Of a stretch of DNA of 64,000 nt, positions 56,873-64,000 are shown in pieces. Below the pieces are notes generated by a model. That model had not been told where the DNA came from, made no database searches, and worked only from the letters and a program-made list of their open reading frames with translations. Positions within the stretch are counted from its first letter, which is position 1. Each line of letters starts with the position of its first letter. The DNA comes from Candidatus Methylomirabilis sp. GTDB lineage: Bacteria > Methylomirabilota > Methylomirabilia > Methylomirabilales > Methylomirabilaceae. The stretch lies in NCBI GenBank assembly GCA_041498975.1, contig JBGQJI010000001.1:22036-86035 (forward strand), read 5' to 3'. A program made the position numbers and the translations under genes.

Positions 56873-57256
56873 ATGCTGGCCGGTTTATCGCAGGTCTTTT
56901 TGCTCGTCAGCGATCTCCCTCGCTCGTCTCAGTTCTACCGGAGGCTTCTGGGCAGGCCACCCGCTTCTGAAGACGATCGGCATGCCCGATTCGACCTCGG
57001 CCCGATTTCCCTTACCATCCATGGGGATCTGATGCCGAGCGAGATGGCTGCTTGGAGGGTCGATCCGATGCCGGAGCGGCGCGGCTGGGGCGTCTATCTG
57101 ACCTTTCCAACCGATGATCCAGAAAGGGCCTACAACGTGCTAATCGGCATTGGGGCCGAGATTCTAACCGCGCCCACGGCAACTCCATGGGGCACTACGA
57201 TGTTCCTGGTGAAGGATCCGGATGGATACCTCTTGGAGATCTCGCAACGGCGGTGA
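56873..57256 (+). CDS. VOC/glyoxalase family protein
   Basis: PWG, KDPDGYLLE. Confidence 0.85.
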   Translation: MLAGLSQVFLLVSDLPRSSQFYRRLLGRPPASEDDRHARFDLGPISLTIHGDLMPSEMAAWRVDPMPERRGWGVYLTFPTDDPERAYNVLIGIGAEILTAPTATPWGTTMFLVKDPDGYLLEISQRR

Positions 57257-57301
57257 TGGGACGAGGAGGCAGGGCACAGAACCGGCCGCGCCGATCCGCC
57301 T

Positions 57302-57778
57302 TCACCGGTCAGCGGCTGGCACAGGAATCCGACGACACCCGATCTGCAGGAAGAAGCAACCGGTATCAGCCTCCTCGGTGATAAAAGCTGACAGTTGGCG
57401 ATACGACTCCGCCGTGAACCGCACCTTGTGGAACCTGTTCCTTACGAGGCAGTAGGGCGTGCCGTCCTTTGCGATCCAGAATGTCGCTGGATCGAACGGC
57501 TCAAGGCTTCCGTCGTTGAGCCTGACGAACAACTGCTCCTGGCCGTCCACAGTTCCGGCGACCTCGATCCCCAGCGCCCGATATGGCGCATCCGCCACAT
57601 CAACATACCGCCTGTCCCCGCCGACCACCACCAGGTAACGCCCCTCTTCGTCCTTGCTCAGGTGGGTTAGCAGGAACTCTGCGAGGCGTGGGTTCGTCAC
57701 CCGCACGCCTTGATCGTGCCACCGCCCCTCTCGATCCAGCGTGAGGGGCGGAATTCGCTTCCACCATTCCTGCTCCAC
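57302..57778 (-). CDS. DUF1285-like protein
   Basis: LDREGRW, VDVADAPY, PYCLVR, RF...YRQL. Confidence 0.7.
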   Translation of the reverse strand: MEQEWWKRIPPLTLDREGRWHDQGVRVTNPRLAEFLLTHLSKDEEGRYLVVVGGDRRYVDVADAPYRALGIEVAGTVDGQEQLFVRLNDGSLEPFDPATFWIAKDGTPYCLVRNRFHKVRFTAESYRQLSAFITEEADTGCFFLQIGCRRIPVPAADR

Positions 57779-57793
57779 TGATCCGCCCTTCCG

Positions 57794-57901
57794 CTAGTGC
57801 CGTTCCAACTACTTGCGCCAAAATGGTAAGGCTGGGGAAAGCGATTGTGCTTAGCAGGACACCTGCCGGCGATTACGCGCAACAGGTTGGAACGGGACTA
57901 G
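57794..57901. mobile_element. MITE copy 4 (different interior)
   Basis: ctagtgccgttccaact...ggttggaacgggactag. Confidence 0.7.
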
Positions 57902-58929
57902 GTCACCAGCACCAGCTTGCCGAATACCTTCCTGTCCTCCATCGAGCCTTGCGCCTCTGCTGCATCCTTCAAGGGGAAGACCCGGTCCACAACCGGCTTG
58001 AGCGTCCCGCGCTCCATCTCTTTCATGACATCGAGCAGATCAGCCTTGGAGCCCATGAACGCGCCCATGATCGATGCCTGCCGCATAAAGAGGTAGCGGA
58101 TGTCGGTCTGGGCGAGGTATCCGGCCGTGGCGCCGCAGGTGACCAGGCGGCCCCCGGCTGCCAGGACGGGGATCAGCTTCTCGAACACGGGGCCGCCCAC
58201 GTGTTCGAAGATGACATCGACTCCTCGCTTAGCGGTCAGGCGCCGCACCTCGGCGACCAGGTCTTTGGTCGCGTAGTCGATCCCCTCATCGGCTCCAAGC
58301 GCACGAGCCTTCCCAAGCTTGTCGTCGGTCCCGGCGGCTGCGATGACTCGGGCTCCGAACAGCTTGGCGATCTGAACCGCGGCGCTCCCAACGCCGCTAC
58401 CGGCTCCCATGACCAGCACCTCTTCGCCGCGCTTCACCTTTGCGAGAGTCACCAGCATGTTCCAGGCGGTCAGGAAGGCGAGGGGGAACGCCGAGGCGGC
58501 TTCGAAGCTCATCCCGTCCGGGATAGGCAGGACGTTCACCTCCGGGAGCTTCACGTACTCGGCGTATCCTCCATCGATCCGGTAGCCCCCGATGATCTCG
58601 TAGGAACGACAAAGGTTGTCGCGGCCAGAGAGACAGTTGGCGCACTGGCCACAGCTAATCCCCGGTGAGACGACCACTCGTTGACCCGGCTTGATTCGAG
58701 TCACGATGCTTCCCACCGCCGCCGCCTCGCCGGCGATGTCGGAACCAGAGATGTGAGGGAGCGGGATTTTCACCCCTGGCATCCCTTTCCGCGCCCACAC
58801 ATCCAGATGATTGAGGGCGCACGCCTTGACCTTTACCAGCACTTCATGCGGGGCGATGACAGGATCGGGGGCGTCCTCGTACTTCAGGACTTCCGGCCCG
58901 CCATGCTCGTGAAATCTGACCGCCTTCAT
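57898..58929 (-). CDS. Zinc-binding MDR dehydrogenase/quinone oxidoreductase
   Basis: LNHLD, structural Zn site CGQCANC-x7-C, GAGSGVG, GKLVL. Confidence 0.92.
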   Translation of the reverse strand: MKAVRFHEHGGPEVLKYEDAPDPVIAPHEVLVKVKACALNHLDVWARKGMPGVKIPLPHISGSDIAGEAAAVGSIVTRIKPGQRVVVSPGISCGQCANCLSGRDNLCRSYEIIGGYRIDGGYAEYVKLPEVNVLPIPDGMSFEAASAFPLAFLTAWNMLVTLAKVKRGEEVLVMGAGSGVGSAAVQIAKLFGARVIAAAGTDDKLGKARALGADEGIDYATKDLVAEVRRLTAKRGVDVIFEHVGGPVFEKLIPVLAAGGRLVTCGATAGYLAQTDIRYLFMRQASIMGAFMGSKADLLDVMKEMERGTLKPVVDRVFPLKDAAEAQGSMEDRKVFGKLVLVT

Positions 58930-59362
58930 CCGTCGTTCTCCTTATCTGCATACGATTGTGCCTTGATCGACCCGGAACCGGGAAGGTGAGACTCTGCCAT
59001 TCAGATCGATCCCCTGACCATGCGACCATCGATCTGCAGGGGGGGGCCGACAATATGGCTGCCGGCCTCCGAGCCGACACCCCCGCCCGCAGAGAGTCGG
59101 ACCGCCCCTGACCTGGAATGCCTCGAGGGACGGATCAGGCCCCGGATAACGCGCGAGCAGGATAGCAAAGTCAGCACTTTCCGTAAAGGGGTTTCCAGGC
59201 ATGAAGGAACAGACACGCGCGGCCAGGCGCGCCTATCCGCTCACCCGATCGAACCGGTGACAGGTGCATCCTTCTGACATTGCAGTTATGCTGGGGGCAG
59301 TTGGGCTGGAGGCGCGAACCGGAAGCGAAGCGAACGGTGCGAGTCGCCCACGAGGAAGGTGG

Positions 59363-60916
59363 TCAGTCAATGCGGTAGTGACAGCCCCGGCTTTGCCGGC
59401 ATTCCATTGCCGCAAGCAGGATGACCAGCGCGGTCTGAATGCCGTTCCGGAGGGCTATCATTGCATCGGTCATCTCGGCCTTCTCGTAGAATCTGGAGAT
59501 CTCAAGATGGAGCTCCCGCAGGATTTCATGTGCCCGGTCCAGCCGTTTCGTGCTGCGAACGAGGCCCACGTAATTCCACATGGTGTGTTGGATGGTCAGC
59601 CAGTCCTGCGCGACTAACGCCGGATCGACAGGCTCACGTTCATACCGCCACGGGGCAATGCGGGGGAAATAGAAGTCCTCACCTCGCGCGATGAACTCTG
59701 CCGCTTGCGCGCCTGCCCGTGTTCCCCAGACCAGGCATTCCAGTAGAGATGTGCTCGCCAAGCGGTTGGCGCCGTGCAACCCCGAACAGGAAACCTCACC
59801 GACGGCACGCAGGCGGTGCAGGTTCGACCGTCCCCATTCGTCAATGGCGATTCCGCCGCAACTGTAGTGCGCGGCCGGCACCACGGGGATGGGATCTTTC
59901 GTGATATCGATGTCGTACTTCAGACAATGTGCATAAATCCCAGGAAAACGCTCGCGGACCGTATCGGCCGGTTTAAGGGAAATGTCAAGATACGCGCAGG
60001 GCTCGCCCGACTCCAACATCATCTGATGGATCCCGCGCGCCACGACGTCGCGTGGCGCAAGCGAACCATCGGGGTGAAATTGTGACATGAATTCTCGACC
60101 TTTGCTGTCTACGAGTCGCGCCCCTTCACCCCGCATCGCTTCGGAGATCAGGAATCGGCCGCTGGGGTGGTAGAGCGTCGTGGGGTGGAACTGGACATAC
60201 TGCATATTGACGCAACGGGTGCCCGCCCGGTAGGCCATCGCAATGCCATCGCCCCTCCCGCCCGGAGGATTGGTGGTATGCAGATAGACGCGGCCGAGTC
60301 CCCCTGTCGCCAGGATCGTCTCCTTCGCGAGTATGGGGAAGATTTCGCCGCTCGCCTGGTCGAGGGCGTACGCCCCAATGCACGTTGGGGGTTTATACAC
60401 GTCGAGCGGTTCGACGGAGTGGTGGGAAATCGTGAGGAGATCGACTGCGGTAGCTGCGGGGATCAGTTTGACCCTCGGGTGAGAGGAGACCCTTTCGACG
60501 AATACCCGCTCGATCGCCGAGCCCGTCTGATCCTTCTGGTGCAGAATGCGTGGGAGCGAATGCGCGGCCTCGGCGGTCAGGTCCCATCGTGTCGAATCCC
60601 CCAGCATCTGGTCGAACGGCACACCAAGCTCATCGATGAGAATCTCCTTGACGAGTCTTGGGCCCTCGCTGGCAAGCAGCCAGGCCGCCTCCGGAGAACT
60701 CAGGCCTGCGCCTGCGGCAAGGATATCCGCCACCAGTTGCTCGGGGGAATCATGTTCTCCCTCATAAATGATCCCGCCCTGCGCCCAGAAGGTATTGCTT
60801 TCTTCCGGTTCAGACGATCGCGTCAGCAGCGTGACCTCGACGTTCTGCTTGGCAGCCGCCAGTGCCGCGGCGCATCCTGCGAGGCCGCTTCCGATGATCA
60901 GGATATCCGTCTTCAT
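59363..60916 (-). CDS. nadB: L-aspartate oxidase
   Basis: GSGLAG, WAQGGI, QFHPT, SEAMRGEG, HGANRLASTSL, SRGCHY. Confidence 0.95.
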   Translation of the reverse strand: MKTDILIIGSGLAGCAAALAAAKQNVEVTLLTRSSEPEESNTFWAQGGIIYEGEHDSPEQLVADILAAGAGLSSPEAAWLLASEGPRLVKEILIDELGVPFDQMLGDSTRWDLTAEAAHSLPRILHQKDQTGSAIERVFVERVSSHPRVKLIPAATAVDLLTISHHSVEPLDVYKPPTCIGAYALDQASGEIFPILAKETILATGGLGRVYLHTTNPPGGRGDGIAMAYRAGTRCVNMQYVQFHPTTLYHPSGRFLISEAMRGEGARLVDSKGREFMSQFHPDGSLAPRDVVARGIHQMMLESGEPCAYLDISLKPADTVRERFPGIYAHCLKYDIDITKDPIPVVPAAHYSCGGIAIDEWGRSNLHRLRAVGEVSCSGLHGANRLASTSLLECLVWGTRAGAQAAEFIARGEDFYFPRIAPWRYEREPVDPALVAQDWLTIQHTMWNYVGLVRSTKRLDRAHEILRELHLEISRFYEKAEMTDAMIALRNGIQTALVILLAAMECRQSRGCHYRID

Positions 60917-61016
60917 CGCCTTGCCGTTCGCTCGAACGATCGATTGTCCCAAGGGGGGAGACAGGTGCCCACGACCTCCTCCCTCATGAATGAGACCCTG
61001 ACCGGCCGGAGGCGGG

Positions 61017-61880
61017 TTACGCCGGCTGAATCTTGAAGCTCATGTCAACGGCCGGGGCGGAATGCGTCAAGGCCCCGACCGAGATCCAATCAACACCAGC
61101 CTCGGCAAACCTGCAAACAATTTCGAGAGTCATCCCGCCAGATGCCTCGACCAATATCCTTCTGCCATTGGGCGAAGCACGCACCAGCTCCACCGCCCGT
61201 CGAACCATCTCCGGTTTCATGTTGTCAAGGAGAACGGCGTCAATGTCATACTGCACGGCCTCCTGCAATTCCTCGAGCGTGGACACCTCGACTTCAACCC
61301 GGTGGACGCGGTTCCCGGCCAGCCGGGCAGCTTCAAGAGCCGCCCGAATGCCGCCTGCGACCTTGATGTGGTTATCCTTGATCATGATCGCATCGTCAAG
61401 TCCAAAGCGATGGTTGACGCCACCGCCCACCGTAACCGCATACTTCTCAAAGACACGCAGCCCCGGCGTCGTCTTTCGCGTATCGACAATTCTCGCATTG
61501 GTCCCTCGGACAGCGTCCACGTACTTCTTCGTGAGCGTTGCGACGCCGCTCAATTGCTGGAGCAGGTTTGTCGCCACCCGCTCCCCGGTGAGGAGTGTCC
61601 TGGCCCGGCCCCGGACGGACGCCGCCCGATCGCCCTGCGTCAGATGATCACCATCGCGACGGCTGCTCTCAACGGCTAAGTCTTCATCCAAGAGGGCGAG
61701 GACTTCGATGGCCAGATCGATCCCTGCCAGCACGAGGGGGACCTTGGCCAAGAAATAGCCGACCGCTTTTTGGTCAGGTGAAATAACTGATAGCGTGGTG
61801 ACGTCACCCCGACCGATGTCTTCCTCGAGGAATCTCCTGAGGATTTCGCGTCGGGTGGACGGAGCGAGGGATTGGAGCAT
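61017..61880 (-). CDS. nadC: Nicotinate-nucleotide diphosphorylase (quinolinate phosphoribosyltransferase)
   Basis: DTRKTTPG, HRFGL, IKDNH, LLDNM, SVGALTHS. Confidence 0.96.
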   Translation of the reverse strand: MLQSLAPSTRREILRRFLEEDIGRGDVTTLSVISPDQKAVGYFLAKVPLVLAGIDLAIEVLALLDEDLAVESSRRDGDHLTQGDRAASVRGRARTLLTGERVATNLLQQLSGVATLTKKYVDAVRGTNARIVDTRKTTPGLRVFEKYAVTVGGGVNHRFGLDDAIMIKDNHIKVAGGIRAALEAARLAGNRVHRVEVEVSTLEELQEAVQYDIDAVLLDNMKPEMVRRAVELVRASPNGRRILVEASGGMTLEIVCRFAEAGVDWISVGALTHSAPAVDMSFKIQPA

Positions 61881-61904
61881 GAGAGGCTGGATCGGGAGAA
61901 GGGG

Positions 61905-62888
61905 TCAGCTCATTTCCAGCATGCGCTGGATCGGCCGTAATGCGCGCAGCCGCAGCTCTTCATCGAGCGTAATCTCCGGTGCACGGTTTTTCATGCACAG
62001 GTAGAGTTTCTCCAGGGTATTGAGTTTCATGTAGGGGCACTGGTTGCAGGCGCAATCGCCCTCCGGTGGAGCCGGAATGAAGGTCTTGTGGGGACAGGCC
62101 TTCTCCATCTGATGGATGATTCCGGGCTCGGTGACGATGATGAATTCAGCGTCCAGGCTCTGCTTCACGTAATTCAGGATTCCGCTGGTTGAGCCGATGT
62201 AGTCTGCATGCTGCAAGACACGCGGTTCGCACTCCGGGTGGGCACAGACCTTGGCTCGGGGGTGGAGCACCTTGAGCTGGACCAGCTTTTTCTCGGAAAA
62301 CATCTCGTGAACGATACAGATGCCGGACCACAATTTCATGTCGCGACCCGTCTTCTTCATGAGATAGCGGCCCAAATTCTGATCGGGCGCAAAGATGATG
62401 GGTTGGTCCTTGGGGATTTGATTGATGATTTTCTCTGCATTACTCGATGTGCAGATGATATCGCTCATCGCCTTGATCTCAGCCGTGCAATTGATGTAAC
62501 TGATCACGATGTGGTCCGGGTATTTTTCCCTGAAGCGACGAAACAGGTGTGGCGGGCATCCCTCCGCCAGTGAGCACCCGGCCTTCAAATCCGGGATCAA
62601 CACCCGCTTTGAGGGGTTCAGGATCTTTGCCGTTTCGGCCATGAAGTGCACGCCAGCAAAGACGATCACATCGGCGCTTGTCTTCGCTGCCTGCTGAGAG
62701 AGCTGCAGGCTGTCACCGATAAAATCGGCCACATCCTGAATGTCCGACTCTTGATAGTAATGCGCCAGGACCACCGCATTCAGATCCCTTTTCAAGCGGT
62801 GAACCTCTTCTTCCAGATCGATCAGAGCGCTTACCTGAGACTCTTGGACAAGACCTTCGACGTTCATTCCTTGGCTCCGCGACAACAC
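61905..62888 (-). CDS. nadA: Quinolinate synthase
   Basis: LAHYYQ, GVHFMAE, AGCSLA, CIVH, HPEC, CPYMK. Confidence 0.96.
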   Translation of the reverse strand: MLSRSQGMNVEGLVQESQVSALIDLEEEVHRLKRDLNAVVLAHYYQESDIQDVADFIGDSLQLSQQAAKTSADVIVFAGVHFMAETAKILNPSKRVLIPDLKAGCSLAEGCPPHLFRRFREKYPDHIVISYINCTAEIKAMSDIICTSSNAEKIINQIPKDQPIIFAPDQNLGRYLMKKTGRDMKLWSGICIVHEMFSEKKLVQLKVLHPRAKVCAHPECEPRVLQHADYIGSTSGILNYVKQSLDAEFIIVTEPGIIHQMEKACPHKTFIPAPPEGDCACNQCPYMKLNTLEKLYLCMKNRAPEITLDEELRLRALRPIQRMLEMS

Positions 62889-62890
62889 CC

Positions 62891-62912
62891 CTTTACATGG
62901 TAAAGTATACCA
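62891..62912 (-). promoter_or_regulatory. nad operon extended -10 with overlapping palindrome
   Basis: Minus strand TGG-TATACT overlapping CTTTAC-N3-GTAAAG. Confidence 0.45.
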
Positions 62913-63133
62913 TACCCTGGCTGAAATCCAGGAGCACAGTTTTGAGCTGGGCTCCCCGCGTCAGAGCGGGAGCCTTCCCTTTCGCATCAGTATCTCGCGC
63001 TCTGCGCTGTTGGCCAGGAGACACGCCACAATCTGTTGTCGTCCCGCTGAGGCGCCCGGCTCAAAGCCCCCGCCCCAGGCCCTGCTTCACGAATGGACCT
63101 GCCAGCGGTTTCTCCCCTCGGCTTCGAAGGCTC

Positions 63134-63240
63134 CTAGTGCCGTTCCAACTTTTTCGGACAAACAATGACGCGATGCAGAGGTCGATTGAGTTGCCCACAC
63201 ATCATCGTGTCGTAAGGCCAAGTGGTTGAAACGGCATTAG
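63134..63240. mobile_element. MITE copy 5 (inverted relative to copies 2 and 3)
   Basis: ctagtgccgttccaact...ggttgaaacggcattag. Confidence 0.75.
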
Positions 63241-63491
63241 TTCAGCGACCGGAGGATGTCATCTCGCATCTGCCTGAGCGCCTTTGAGCTCATCATAAGG
63301 AAGTGGCGGACTGCATAGCCGCACGTTCGACAACGCTTGTAGATGTAGAGCCAGTTGCCATCCTCTTCCACGTTGCCAACCCGCTCCATCCCTGAGACAC
63401 AGCAATCGCTGGGATGGAGTGGGGAGATGATCCGTTCAGGATAGGCATTGACTGCCGCTTTTCTCTCATCATACTCAACGATGCTTGCCAT
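63237..63491 (-). CDS. Small Cys-rich, probable zinc-binding protein
   Basis: CC plus CRTCG; GAGGAGG SD upstream. Confidence 0.7.
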   Translation of the reverse strand: MASIVEYDERKAAVNAYPERIISPLHPSDCCVSGMERVGNVEEDGNWLYIYKRCRTCGYAVRHFLMMSSKALRQMRDDILRSLN

Positions 63492-63715
63492 CGATCCTCC
63501 TCCTCTTGCCGGGCCTATTGTTGTGAAGCGCCCGATCCCGCTACGTTCTGTCTCTTAGGACACCTGTCCGCTTTGGCTGATTCCCAAAGCACCCAGAGGC
63601 TCATCTAGTACGACTCATGGGGGACATCAACCACACATCGATCGGGATTTCTGGGATGGCCCCAATCCAACTTGCCACGCGATCGTGTCAAATCTTGGAT
63701 ATCTCCAGAAAACTC

Positions 63716-63836
63716 TACTAACCAGTCGGTACATCAATTAGCCTAAAAAATGAGAGCATCAGGAACCTAAAACGGTTGTCGAGGGACACTCATGGTCTTG
63801 GATAATCAGGTTCGACTATACTGACTGGTCAGTATA
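63716..63836. promoter_or_regulatory. Pair of TetR-like operator palindromes
   Basis: TATACTGAC-TG-GTCAGTATA (63817-63836) and a 14/16 copy TACTAACCAGTCGGTA (63716-63731). Confidence 0.6.
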
Positions 63837-64000
63837 AATTGCCGCTAAACAACCTAACCTGTCACGGGATAATTACAGCTCCAAGCCGAGCTCGATTGAG
63901 TCCTTGAATAATCCGAATAGGAAATTGGTTGCTGAGCTAGTTTCGACCTCCGAGGAGCTCCTGGTAATCGAAGCGAGACCCTTTTTTCGTAATGAACTGA

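Noticed and set aside
59270..59345. attC-like fragment (tctgacattgcagttatgc...gcgaagcg)
   Set aside because: No complementary GTTRRRY end and no integrase or cassette array.
22587..63240. GTTGGAACGGCAC repeats as possible CRISPR direct repeats
   Set aside because: Dispersed inverted pairs, not tandem repeats with spacers; no cas genes in the window.

Overview
GC-rich bacterial chromosomal window. Gene content suggests a Methylomirabilota/Rokubacteria-like organism (inference only). The left half (1-32.3 kb) is mostly housekeeping or accessory: 5' part of recD2, iscX, iscA, a PuuD-like membrane protein facing a cytochrome c, a Memo-family protein, a GGDEF protein, a 5-FCL/HAD/VOC operon, LOG, two DUF309 genes, an HtrA-like protein lacking catalytic residues, nth, an attEFGH-like ABC + lipocalin operon, tldD/tldE, a secreted methanethiol-oxidase/SBP56-like protein, hpnN/hpnM-like genes, fadD, marC and a GDPD. 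A 74-aa glutaredoxin-like protein with two in-frame UGA (selenocysteine) codons, missed by the ORF track, lies at 5795-6019(-). From 32.7 to 56.6 kb is a co-oriented island: an IPTL-CTERM, Ser/Thr-rich surface protein, six GT-C-like membrane proteins, two polyprenol-P-sugar synthase-type GT2s, SDR/Gfo enzymes and a split transketolase-GT2-DUF4915-sulfotransferase-like-epimerase module. This island is the best candidate for an undescribed surface-protein glycosylation system. The right end has VOC, DUF1285, a Zn-MDR, nadA-nadC-nadB, a small Cys-rich protein and a TetR-like operator pair. Five copies of a ~105-115 bp CTAG-bounded MITE and several REP-like palindromes are scattered through the window. 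No rRNA, tRNA or CRISPR array was seen. All family calls come from motif recognition, not database searches.
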